64,000 bases of DNA from Anaeromyxobacteraceae bacterium (GTDB lineage Bacteria; Myxococcota; Myxococcia; Myxococcales; Anaeromyxobacteraceae): positions 2,208,001 to 2,272,000 of the forward strand of contig JASGHJ010000002.1 in NCBI GenBank assembly GCA_047602405.1. The letters are read 5' to 3'. Of the stretch, positions 1-9,126 are shown one piece after another. Numbering within the stretch: position 1 is the stretch's first letter; each line of letters starts with the position of its first letter. The notes beneath the pieces are model-generated. The model had not been told where the DNA came from. It did no database searches and saw nothing but the letters and a program-made list of their open reading frames with translations. Position numbers and translations under genes: made by a program.

Positions 1-873
1 CTCCTTGATGCGCGGGCCCAGGCCGGGCTCGTCGGCCTCGAGGTCCATGCCCTTCGCGACCGGCCGGACGCCGCCGGTGATCTCGCCGTCCTTCGCGACG
101 AACCGCACGTAGACGTCGAGGGTGCCCTTCCGCGGGACGACGTCGCTCTTGGTCGCGGCGAAGCCGGCGAGGGACCCGGCGGGGAGCCCCACGAGCTCGC
201 CCTGCCCGGCGAACGTGGTCGTCTTCGCGAGCGGGTCGGCGGTCGCGAAGAACGTGAGCTTCCCCTCCCCCTGCACGAGCCCCCGGATCGCGATCACCGT
301 CGGCTGCCCCTCCGCGAGCGCCTTCGAGAATGCCCAGTTCTCGAGCGTCCCCTCGATCCGCGTGACGCGCAGGCGCGGGTGCTCCGGCTCGGTGAGATCG
401 GTGAAGCGCAGTTCCCCGTCCTTCACCTGCAGCCGGTCGATGCGGAGCGGCGTCGCCTCCTGCACGCCGCGCGCGACCTCCGGCGCCTCCTTCGGCGTCT
501 GCTGGCGCGCCTTCGCGTGCGCCGCCACGAGGTTGATGCGCGGCGCCTCGGCGCGGATGTCCGCGACCACGTGGCCGCGCACGAGCTCGCGCCAGTACAG
601 GCCGACCTCGACGTACGGGATGGTCAGGTACGGCAGCGAGTGCCCGCCCGGGACCTCCTTCGTGATCCGCAGGTCGCGCACCTCGGAGGTGAGGTCGAGG
701 AGGCGGACGTGGACCCCCTCGAACGTCGCCGCCATGCCGTGCATCTTCGAGAACCCCTTGCGAAGCTGCCAGGCCATCAGGGGATCGGCCGCCAGCCGCA
801 CCGCGACCGCGAGGAGGACGAGCACGCCGAGGACGGCGAGCGCGATCCTGCCGGCTCTCGGGATGCGGCGCAC
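1..873 (-). CDS. DUF748/AsmA-like membrane-anchored protein (3' end runs off the window)
   Basis: Not in the ORF track. Manual translation from GTG at 873 gives MRRIPRAGRIALAVLGVLVLLAVAVRLAADPL...YWRELVRGHVVADI...LRIDRLQVKDGELRFTD..., open to position 1, with an N-terminal TM anchor and DUF748-like beta-rich repeats. Confidence 0.7.
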   Translation of the reverse strand, partial: MRRIPRAGRIALAVLGVLVLLAVAVRLAADPLMAWQLRKGFSKMHGMAATFEGVHVRLLDLTSEVRDLRITKEVPGGHSLPYLTIPYVEVGLYWRELVRGHVVADIRAEAPRINLVAAHAKARQQTPKEAPEVARGVQEATPLRIDRLQVKDGELRFTDLTEPEHPRLRVTRIEGTLENWAFSKALAEGQPTVIAIRGLVQGEGKLTFFATADPLAKTTTFAGQGELVGLPAGSLAGFAATKSDVVPRKGTLDVYVRFVAKDGEITGGVRPVAKGMDLEADEPGLGPRIKE

Positions 874-897
874 CCCCGTAACCTGCACACGCCGGGG

Positions 898-1377
898 TCA
901 CTCGATGGCGACGTCCACCGGGACCGGCGAGAGCACGCGCACGAGGTCGGCGGGCGCGAGCCCCACGAGGAAGCCGCGCGAGCCGCCGTTCACGTAGATC
1001 CTGGGCAGCTCGAGGATGCTGCGCTCGACGTGCACGGGCATGGGCTTCCTCGTGCCGAAGGGGCTCGTGCCGCCGACCTGGTAGCCGGTGTGGCGGTTGG
1101 CCACCTCTGGCCTGCAGATGTCGATCGCCTTCTTGCCGAGCTGGCGGGCGAGGGCCTTCGTCGACACCTCGCGATCGCCGTGCATGAGCACGATCAGCGG
1201 CGCCTTCGCGTCGTCCTCGAAGACGAGCGTCTTCACGACCGCGTGCTCCTCCACGCCGAGCTCGCGGGCCGAGACCCGCGTCCCGCCCTTCTCCTCGTAG
1301 CGGTACAGGTGCTCGGTGTACGCGACGCCCGCCTCGCGGAGCAGCCGGGTGGCGGGCGTGGACGGCGTCTTGCTCAC
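898..1377 (-). CDS. ybaK: Cys-tRNA(Pro) deacylase, YbaK/EbsC family
   Basis: C-terminal part of ORF 898..2151; VVKTLV, GYQVGGTSPFG and YVNGGSRG motifs; GTG start overlaps the upstream stop (GTGA). Confidence 0.9.
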   Translation of the reverse strand: MSKTPSTPATRLLREAGVAYTEHLYRYEEKGGTRVSARELGVEEHAVVKTLVFEDDAKAPLIVLMHGDREVSTKALARQLGKKAIDICRPEVANRHTGYQVGGTSPFGTRKPMPVHVERSILELPRIYVNGGSRGFLVGLAPADLVRVLSPVPVDVAIE

Positions 1378-1955
1378 GGCAGGATCCCCTTCGCGCGGAG
1401 CGCGTCGACGAGCGCGCGGCTCGCCGCCGCGTGCCGGGCCCTCCACTCCTCGTGCGCCGCCGGGCCGACGCGGTTCGCGACGGCGAGCGCGGCCGCGGCC
1501 GGCACGCCGGCGGCGGCGCACGCGGCGAAGACGCCGGAGAGCTCGAGGTGCTCGGCGGCGGCCACCGCGGCGAGCCTCCGCGCGCCGTCCTCGGTGCGGG
1601 TGATGGCGGGCGTCACGGCGACCGGGTGGCCCGGGAGCGGCAGCGCCCAGCCCGGCGTCCAGCGCACGACCTCGACCGCGGGGCGGAACGCGCGGCCCTC
1701 GGCCTCGTCGAGCGAGGTCGCGACCACCTCGGAGGCCGCGAGGAGGTCCCCCGGCCCGAGCCGGTCGTCGTAGGCGCCGCAGGTCCCGACGAAGAGCACG
1801 CGCGCCGGGCGCTCCACCGCGATCAGGTGGGCGGTGGTGGCCGCCGCGGCGACCGCGCCGACCCCCGAGAGCGCGACACGCCAGCCCGCCGGCGGCGCGG
1901 CGTCGAGGCCGGCGAGCTCGGGCGGGAAGGCGGCGAGGAGGAGGGAGGAGGCCAT
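1374..1955 (-). CDS. Purine nucleosidase/phosphorylase family protein (futalosine hydrolase MqnB / MTA nucleosidase-like)
   Basis: SGVGAVAAA, LFVGTCGAY, AEHLELSGV and AVANRVG match the PNP_UDP_1 fold pattern. Confidence 0.7.
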   Translation of the reverse strand: MASSLLLAAFPPELAGLDAAPPAGWRVALSGVGAVAAAATTAHLIAVERPARVLFVGTCGAYDDRLGPGDLLAASEVVATSLDEAEGRAFRPAVEVVRWTPGWALPLPGHPVAVTPAITRTEDGARRLAAVAAAEHLELSGVFAACAAAGVPAAAALAVANRVGPAAHEEWRARHAAASRALVDALRAKGILP

Positions 1956-2005
1956 CTCGCGGGCATCCTAGCGTCGAGCGGGCCGTTCGTGTTGAATGCC
2001 GCGCC

Positions 2006-2638
2006 GTGCGCGAGCGCTGCCCCCGCTGCCTGAGGTCCCCGCCCTTCTGCCCCTGCGCGACGCTCCCGCGCGTGGAGACCCGCACGCGGGTGCTCCTCCT
2101 CCAGCACCCGCGCGAGGCGCGGCTCGCCATCGGGAGCGCCTGGCTGCTCAAGGCCGGCCTCGCGAAGGTCGAGTCGTACCGGGCGGTCCGCTTCGCGGAT
2201 CACGAGCGGGTGCGCGCGCTCTGCGCGGAGCCCGGTGCGGTGCTGCTCGCCCCCGGCGGCGCCCCGGCGGCCGCGGTCCCCGCCGCCGCCCCCCCGCCGC
2301 TCCTCGTGGTCGTCGACGCCACCTGGCCCCAGGCCGAGAAGATGGCCCGCGCGAACCCCTGGATGGACGCGCTCCCTCGCGTGTCCGTCGACGCCGGCCG
2401 CCCGAGCGGCTACGGCGACCTCCGCCGCGAGCCCGCCCCCGGCTTCCTGCCCACCGTCGAGGCCGTGGCGTTCGCGCTCGGCGCGTTCGACGGCGCCCCC
2501 GAGCGCTTCGACCCGATGATCACCGCCTTCCAGCGCGCCGTCGCCCTGCAGCTCGAGCACGCCCGCGGCGAGAACCGCTCCCCTCGCCACCGCCCCGGCG
2601 CCGCAGCGCGCCGGGCGGGACGGGTGAAGGCGGGATAG
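2006..2638 (+). CDS. DTW-domain tRNA-uridine aminocarboxypropyltransferase
   Basis: N-terminal CPRC...CPC zinc site, LLQHPRE, VVDATW and TVEA motifs. Confidence 0.85.
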   Translation: MRERCPRCLRSPPFCPCATLPRVETRTRVLLLQHPREARLAIGSAWLLKAGLAKVESYRAVRFADHERVRALCAEPGAVLLAPGGAPAAAVPAAAPPPLLVVVDATWPQAEKMARANPWMDALPRVSVDAGRPSGYGDLRREPAPGFLPTVEAVAFALGAFDGAPERFDPMITAFQRAVALQLEHARGENRSPRHRPGAAARRAGRVKAG

Positions 2639-2702
2639 CGGGCGTGGCCGCGGTCGAGGCCACACCCTCCAGTGCCGGTGAGCCCGTGCCCGCCAGCTCG
2701 CA

Positions 2703-2757
2703 CCGTCAGCCCCGAGCGTAGCCCCGCCGGAGGCGGGGCGGAGACGAGGGGCAGCCC
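2703..2757 (+). repeat. GTAG-type REP-like palindromic element, copy 1
   Basis: CCCGAGC-GTAG-CCCCGCC-GGA-GGCGGGG-CGGAGACGAGGGG; related copies at 2844-2898 (inverted) and 51335-51386. Confidence 0.7.
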
Positions 2758-2843
2758 ACGCATCCCCTTCTCCATTCACTATCTGTAACTCGGCTGAGGT
2801 TTCGCGGACAAGGCCCGCGGTTCCGCACTCGAGCCCATCTCCG

Positions 2844-2898
2844 GGGCCGCCCCTCGTCTCCGGGGCCGCTTCGCGGCCCCTACGCTCGGGGCGAACGG
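2844..2898 (-). repeat. GTAG-type REP-like palindromic element, copy 2 (inverted relative to copy 1)
   Basis: Reverse complement reads CCGTTCGCCCCGAGC-GTAG-GGGCCGC-GAA-GCGGCCC-CGGAGACGAGGGG. Confidence 0.7.
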
Positions 2899-2910
2899 CT
2901 TCAGGTTCAA

Positions 2911-3126
<216 letters not shown>

Positions 3127-4912
3127 CTACGCGCTCCTCCGTTCCTTCGCGTCCTCGTCGAACAGCCGCTCCAGCTCCTCTCTCCCCCTCGCGGCCGTGC
3201 TCTGCAGCCGGTCGAGGTCGTTCCGGTGCTGCCAGCTCTCCTCGAGCAGCGCCTCGTCGTGCAGGCGGAACCGCTCCACCGACGCCCGCGCGCTCGCCGT
3301 CTCCTCGCCGAGCGCCTCCAGCACCTGCCCGGTGAGGTCCAGCGACGCCGCGAAGGTCTCGCGCACGATCCGGGTGATCCCGAGGCCGCGCAGCGCGTAG
3401 GCGTGCTGGCGGTTCCGGGCGCGGGCGAACACGGTGAGGTGCGGGAAGTGGTCGCGCAGGAGCTCGGCCGTGCGCACCGAGGCCGCGACGTCGTCGATGG
3501 CGAGCACGAACACCTCGGCCTTGTCGGCCCGGGCCGCGCGCAGGAGCTCGAGGCGCGAGACGTCGCCGAAGAACACCTTGTTGCCGAACCGCTGGATGAA
3601 CTCGATGTGCTCGGAGGACGCGTCGATCGCGGTGAACGGGATGCGCTTCGCCCGGAGCACGCGGGCGACCACCTGCCCCACGCGGCCGAAGCCGGCCACG
3701 ATGACCGGCGGCTCGCCGTCCGGGGCGACGTCGTAGGGGCGCGCCTCGCCGCGTCCGAGCCAGGGCCGGACGACGCGCGCGTGCAGGGCGAAGAGGCAGC
3801 GGCGTCGCCCCCATCGAGAGCGTGACCGCGAGCACGAGCACCTGGGCGAGCTCGGGGTCCATGATCCGCTGCCCGACCGCGAGCGAGAAGAGCACGAACG
3901 CGAACTCGCCGCCCTGCGCGAGCAGGACCCCGAGGGAGAGCGCGGGATCGCCCCGGCCCACGAGGAGGCGGCCCACGGCCCACCCGGCGAGCGCCTTCAG
4001 GGCGTGCATGCCGGCGACGAGCCCGAGGACGAGCAGCGGGCGATCGATCACGAGCCGGAGGTTGGCGCTCATGCCGACCGCGATGAAGAAGAGGCCGAGC
4101 AGGAGCCCCTTGAACGGCGCGATGTCCGCCTCGAGCTCGTGCCGGTACTCGGAGCCGGCGAGCAGGACGCCGGCGAGGAAGGCGCCGAGCGCCATCGAGA
4201 GCCCCGCGGCGGAGACCCCGAGGCCGGTGCCGACCACGAGGAAGAGGGACGCCGCGGTGAACAGCTCCGGGTTGCGCAGCGCGGCGAGCCGGCGGAGGAG
4301 CGGCCGCACCACCCAGCGGCTGCCGAGCGCCACGGCCGCGATGACCGCCACCGCCACGAGCCCGGTGCGCCACGCGGGCGGCGCGCCGGGCGACGCGGCC
4401 CCCCCGGGCGCGAGGAGCGGCAGCACGGCGAGCACCGGGATGACCGCGAGGTCCTGGAACAGGAGGATCCCGAACGCGGCCCGGCCGTGCGGCGCGCCGA
4501 GCTCGCGACGCTCGGAGAGCAGCTGGACCACGAGGGCGGTCGAGGAGAGGGACAGCCCGAGCCCGGCGACCAGCGCCTCCCGCCAGGGCAGCCCGAGCGC
4601 CAGCGCGCCGCCGCCGAGGAGGAGGGTCGCGCCCGCGACCTGGGCCGCGCCGAGGCCGAAGACGTCGCGCTTCAGCTCCACCAGCCGGCGGGGCTCGAGC
4701 TCGAGGCCGACCAGGAAGAGCAGGAGCACCACCCCGAACTCGGAGGCGTGCAGGACCGACTCGGGGTCACCCCCGAGCCCGAGCCCGAATGGACCGATGA
4801 CCGCCCCGGCCGCCAGGTACCCCAGGACGCTCCCGAGCCCGAGCCGGGTCGCCAGCGGGACGGCCAGCACGGCAGCCGCGAGGAACACGAACGCCTGTCG
4901 GAGAAGGTCCAA
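3127..4912 (-). CDS. KefB/KefC-type CPA2 K+/H+ antiporter with C-terminal KTN (TrkA-N) domain; one +1 frameshift at ~3796
   Basis: LLFQDLAV, HELEADIAPFKGLLLGLFF and QGGEFAFV in ORF 3110..4912; AGFGRVGQ...FGD in ORF 3127..3699; removing one base at ~3796 joins them. Confidence 0.85.
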
Positions 4913-5012
4913 AATTCACACTCCAGGGCACTCACACCCGTGGTCCTCACGCGACGTTTCGCGCGTGCGACGGGACGGGCGCCGCGCGCGCCCTTCTTCT
5001 AAGATGCGCGCC

Positions 5013-6200
5013 ATGGCCAAGCGAATCGCAATCCTCACGGGAGGCGGGGACGTCCCCGGCCTCAACTCCGTCATCAAGTCGGTCACGTATCGCAGCGCGG
5101 AGCACAAGCTCGAGGTCGTGGGCATCCGCCGCGGGTGGGAGGGGCTCACGCACCTCGACCTCGACGATCCCGAGTCGAAGGCCCGCTACCTGTGGCCGCT
5201 CGACCGGGACAACACCCGCACCATCGACCGCACCGGCGGCACGGTGCTGCACTCGTCCCGGACGAACCCGTCCAAGATGAAGAAGCTGCCGAAGCACCTC
5301 GAGGCCCGCGCCGCGGACTTCCCGACCGCGGAGAGCACGAAGGGCGGCATCACCACCAAGACCTTCGACATCTCGAAGGCCGTCCTCAAGAACCTCGACC
5401 GGCTCGGCGTCGACTGCCTCGTCGCCATCGGCGGCGACGACACGCTCTCCTACGCCGCGAAGCTCCACGAGCTCGGCGTGAAGGTGATCGCGATCCCGAA
5501 GACGATGGACAACGACGTCCGGAACACCGAGTACTGCATCGGGTTCTCGACCGCGATCACCCGCGCGATGAGCGCCATCGAGCGGCAGCGCACGACCGTC
5601 GGCTCGCACGAGCGCATCGGCGTGTTCCGCGTGTTCGGCCGCGACGCCGGCTGGACCTCGCTCTACACCGCCTACGTCACCTCGATCCGCTGCCTGATCC
5701 CCGAGTACAAGGCGAACGTCGGCAAGCTCATCGACCTGCTCGTCGCCGAGAAGCGGGAGAACCCGTCCAACTACGCGCTCGTGATCCTCTCCGAGGGCGC
5801 CGAGTGGGAGGGCTACAAGGTGCAGGAGTACGGCGAGCCCGACGCCTACGGCCACCGCAAGAAGGCGTCCGTCGCCGAGTCGCTCGCCGACGAGATCAAG
5901 CGCCGGGCGGGCGAGGAGACCATCGTCTCCGACCTCACCTACGACCTGCGCTCCGGCGACCCGGACTTCATCGACCGCCTCACCGCCAGCACCTTCGGCA
6001 CGATGGCGTTCGACGCCGTCCTCGAGGGCAAGAGCGGCCTCATGTCGGCGCTCGTGGAGGGCCGCTACGCGATGATGCCGATCCCGGACCCGAAGCTCGG
6101 GCCCCGCAAGGTCGACGTCGCGACGATGTACAACACCGAGCGTTACCGCCCGATCTACGCGAACAAGATGGGCCTGCCGGTCTTCCTGAACCGGTCGTAG
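5013..6200 (+). CDS. 6-phosphofructokinase family protein with a PPi-type signature
   Basis: LTGGGDVPGLN, TGGTVLHSSR, IGGDDT and IPKTMDND motifs. Confidence 0.9.
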   Translation: MAKRIAILTGGGDVPGLNSVIKSVTYRSAEHKLEVVGIRRGWEGLTHLDLDDPESKARYLWPLDRDNTRTIDRTGGTVLHSSRTNPSKMKKLPKHLEARAADFPTAESTKGGITTKTFDISKAVLKNLDRLGVDCLVAIGGDDTLSYAAKLHELGVKVIAIPKTMDNDVRNTEYCIGFSTAITRAMSAIERQRTTVGSHERIGVFRVFGRDAGWTSLYTAYVTSIRCLIPEYKANVGKLIDLLVAEKRENPSNYALVILSEGAEWEGYKVQEYGEPDAYGHRKKASVAESLADEIKRRAGEETIVSDLTYDLRSGDPDFIDRLTASTFGTMAFDAVLEGKSGLMSALVEGRYAMMPIPDPKLGPRKVDVATMYNTERYRPIYANKMGLPVFLNRS

Positions 6201-6204
6201 CCGC

Positions 6205-7278
6205 CTACCGGGGAGCGGGCTCGCCCACCCGGGCGAGCCCCTCCGCGAGGTCCCGCTCGAGATCCTCGGGGTCCTCGATCCCCACGGCGAGCCGCACGAG
6301 GCCGGGCGCGGCCTCGGGGTCGTACTTCCGGCGCCACTCCGCGAGCGACTCGACGCCGCCGAGCGACGTGGCGTCGTGGAAAAGCCGCAGCGCCGCCGGC
6401 AGCGCCTTCGCCCGCTCCTCGCTCGAGAGCTCGATCGCGAGCATCGGCCCGCCGCCGCGCATCTGCGCCCTCGCGAGCGCGTGGCCGGGGTGCGAGGGCA
6501 GCGACGGGTGCCACACCCGGGCGACCCGGGGCTCGAGGAACGCCGCCAGCCGCCCCGCGGTGTCCGACTGCCGCCTGACCCGCAGGGACAGCGTCCGCAC
6601 CCCGCGGAGCGTGAGCCAGGTCTCGAGCGCGCCCATCACGCCGCCCGAGATGGTGCGCGCGTCGTGGAGCGCCTTCCCGAGCGCCGGGTCGCGGGCGACG
6701 AGCACGCCGCCGAGCGCGTCGGAGTGGCCGGCGAGGAACTTCGTGGACGCGTGCATGACGAGGTCGGCGCCGAGGGCGAGCGGCGACTGCAGCACCGGCG
6801 TCGCGAAGGTCGAGTCGACCGCGAGCGCGGCGCCGGCGGCGCGGGCCCGGACCGCGTGGGCCGCCACGTCGGCGAGCTCGCAGGTCGGGTTCTTCGGGGT
6901 CTCGAGCCAGACGAGGTCCCCCTCCCCGGGCGTCGCGTCGAGGCCGACCTCGGGGATCCCGAGCTGGGCGATGGCCGCGTGGGTCGCGTGGTAGCCGCCG
7001 CGTGCGATGGCGACCCGCCGCGGCCGGAGCTGCAGGAGGGCGGCGAAGGTCGCCGCCTGGCCGGAGGCGTAGGTGACCGCGGTGCCGCCCTCGAGCGCGG
7101 AGAGCACCGCCTCGAGCCGGCGGCGCGTGGGCTGATCCTCGCGGCTGTAGAAGAAGCCGCCGGGCGCGCCCGCCGCGAAGGTGGTCGAGACGTGGATGGG
7201 CGGCGCGACGTCGGCGGTGTCCTCGAGGCCGGCGTCGGCGTGGAGGGCGAGGGTGTCGGGGCGGTCGCGCGTGGCCAT
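6205..7278 (-). CDS. Cystathionine gamma-synthase/lyase family PLP enzyme
   Basis: PPIHVSTTF, WLETPKNP, VDSTFATP, HASTKFLAGHSD (PLP lysine) and SLGGVESL. Confidence 0.88.
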   Translation of the reverse strand: MATRDRPDTLALHADAGLEDTADVAPPIHVSTTFAAGAPGGFFYSREDQPTRRRLEAVLSALEGGTAVTYASGQAATFAALLQLRPRRVAIARGGYHATHAAIAQLGIPEVGLDATPGEGDLVWLETPKNPTCELADVAAHAVRARAAGAALAVDSTFATPVLQSPLALGADLVMHASTKFLAGHSDALGGVLVARDPALGKALHDARTISGGVMGALETWLTLRGVRTLSLRVRRQSDTAGRLAAFLEPRVARVWHPSLPSHPGHALARAQMRGGGPMLAIELSSEERAKALPAALRLFHDATSLGGVESLAEWRRKYDPEAAPGLVRLAVGIEDPEDLERDLAEGLARVGEPAPR

Positions 7279-7410
7279 GCAGCGCATCCTCGGGCGAAGC
7301 GCCGCGGCCGGCAAGCGTCCCGCGCCTCCGCCTGCCCCGAGCCCGCCGGAGGGCCCGGGATCGAGAAGGACCGAGCGTCCGCGGCCGCCCTCCGCTAAGC
7401 TCCCGCCCCC

Positions 7411-7942
7411 ATGGAGCTCGTGAAGGACGACGTCGCCGCCCTGCCGGTCACGGGCCTCGACGGCAAGCAGAATCCCGCTCGGCAGCCTCTGGGCCAGGGG
7501 CCCCGCGGTGGTGGTGTTCCTGCGCCACTTCGGTTGAATGTTCTGCCGGGAGCAGGCGGTGCAGTTGCACCGCGACAGGGCCCGCTTCGACGCCGCCGGC
7601 GCGCGCATCGCGTTCGTCGGGAACGGCACCCCGATGTTCGCCCGGACCTTCCAGGAGGACTACGGCCTCGACGAGCCGGTGCTCGTCGATCCGACGAGGA
7701 AGGTCTACAGGGCGCTCGGCTTCGGCCGGCTCACGCTCGGCTCGCTCGTCTCGCCGCGGTCGGTCCTCGCCGCCGCCCGCGCCCTCGCCGGCGGCTTCAT
7801 CCAGGGCCGCACGCAGGGCGACGCGCTCCAGCTGGGCGGCGTGCTGGTGGTGAAGCCGGGCGGCGAGATCGCCTACCGGTACCGCTCGGAGTTCGCCGGC
7901 GACCACCCGAAGCACGATGACGTGCTCGCGGCGCTGGGCTAG
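7411..7942 (+). CDS. Peroxiredoxin-like (AhpC/TSA, PRXL2/SelU-like) selenoprotein, U42-x-x-C45; in-frame TGA at 7535-7537; +1 frameshift at ~7471
   Basis: Reconstructed MELVKDDVAALPVTGLDGKQIPLGSLWARGPAVVVFLRHFG-U-MFCREQ...VDPTRKVYRALG...QGDALQLGGVLVV...GDHP; the TGA falls at the first Cys position of the family's LRHxGCxxC motif. Confidence 0.85.
7556..7573 (+). promoter_or_regulatory. Candidate bacterial SECIS hairpin
   Basis: GCGGTGCA-GT-TGCACCGC perfect inverted repeat beginning 18 nt after the UGA, with a G in the apical loop. Confidence 0.7.
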
Positions 7943-7966
7943 GGTCTCGCGCCCAAGGAGACGACC

Positions 7967-8212
7967 GTGCCGACCGAGGAAGACCTGAAGGCGGAGCTGG
8001 AGAAGCTGAGGGCCGAGAACGCGGCGCTGAAGGCGCGCGGCGCGAAGGGCGTCAGCATGAAGGTGAGCGAGAAGGGCGCCGTGTCCGTCTACGGCCTCGG
8101 CCGCTTCCCGGTCACGCTCTACCAGGAGCAGTGGCTGAAGCTCCTCGACATGGCCGAGGACATCCGCGGCTTCATCAAGGAGAACGAGGGCCGGCTCAAG
8201 AAGAAGGAGTAG
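7967..8212 (+). CDS. Conserved small protein (coiled coil plus KVSEKGAVSVYGLGRFPVTLY module)
   Basis: AAGGAG RBS, typical codon usage, non-shadow amino-acid composition. Confidence 0.8.
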   Translation: MPTEEDLKAELEKLRAENAALKARGAKGVSMKVSEKGAVSVYGLGRFPVTLYQEQWLKLLDMAEDIRGFIKENEGRLKKKE

Positions 8213-9020
8213 GCCAGAGCCCCTGCGTCGCGGCGAGCGCCTCGAGATCCGCGGCGAGGGCGTCCGCGGTGTGGACCACGTCCGCGCCGCCGGCGAGGAG
8301 CTCGCCGACGTCCTCCTCGAACCCGAACGGCCGGAGCGGGCAGTCGCGCAGCGCGAGCTCGAGGAGGCGCTTCTCGCCCGGGTTCGGCCGGCGGTTGAGC
8401 GCGAAGAGCACGTCGAAGGCGCTCGCGAGCAGCGCGGCCACCCGGTGGTTCACCGCGACCGCATCGCCGCGCTCGCGCGCCTTCTCGAGCTGGTGCACGC
8501 AGCTCGAGAGGTCGCGGCGCAGGAGCGGCAGGTTGAGGGCCACGACCGCGCGGCGGAGCGGCTCGGGGTACTCCGCCTGGGCCCGGGCCTTCAGCGCGGC
8601 GAGCCAGCCGTCCCGGTCGAACACCGGCTCGCAGGTGCGGACGTTGTGCCACAGGCAGGTGCTCCACCCCACCCTCGCCTCGTGCCGCACGAGCACCCGG
8701 TCGAGCTCGCCCTCGATCCACCCGCAGTCCCTGAACATCACGTCCACGTGCAGGAGCGCCTCGCGCTCGACCCACTCGTCGCCGGGCTCGAAGCGCAGGT
8801 GAAAGAGCTCGGGGTGCGCGGAGCGGTCGCGGGCGACCGCCTCGCGGTGCTCCCGCGGCACCTCGCCGCGCGCGTACACGTAGAGGTCGAGGTCGCTCTG
8901 GCCGTCCGCCGCGCCGGTCGCCTGCGAGCCGCCGACCGCGACCCCGAGGACGGCGGCGTGCTCCGCGTACCGCGCGGCGAGCTTCCGGGCGATGTCGAGG
9001 ACGAGGTGGCGGGCCATCAC
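8196..9020 (-). CDS. Pol-beta-type nucleotidyltransferase with DUF4037-like C-terminus
   Basis: GGSQATGAADGQSDLDLYV (GS-x-DxD) and FDVLFALNRRPNPGEKRL. Confidence 0.75.
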   Translation of the reverse strand: MMARHLVLDIARKLAARYAEHAAVLGVAVGGSQATGAADGQSDLDLYVYARGEVPREHREAVARDRSAHPELFHLRFEPGDEWVEREALLHVDVMFRDCGWIEGELDRVLVRHEARVGWSTCLWHNVRTCEPVFDRDGWLAALKARAQAEYPEPLRRAVVALNLPLLRRDLSSCVHQLEKARERGDAVAVNHRVAALLASAFDVLFALNRRPNPGEKRLLELALRDCPLRPFGFEEDVGELLAGGADVVHTADALAADLEALAATQGLWPTPSS

Positions 9021-9126
9021 CGGAGGGAATACGACGCCCTGCCCTCCGCCGGGCAGACCCGGACGGGTCGAGGGCGAACCCCCGATTTCCAGGCATCATG
9101 GTGACCCACCCGCAGGAGGTCTCGCA

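Noticed and set aside
8196..9020. Nucleotidyltransferase as a toxin-antitoxin (MNT-HEPN) or CBASS component
   Set aside because: No adjacent HEPN or effector gene; the architecture fits stand-alone DUF4037-type NTases
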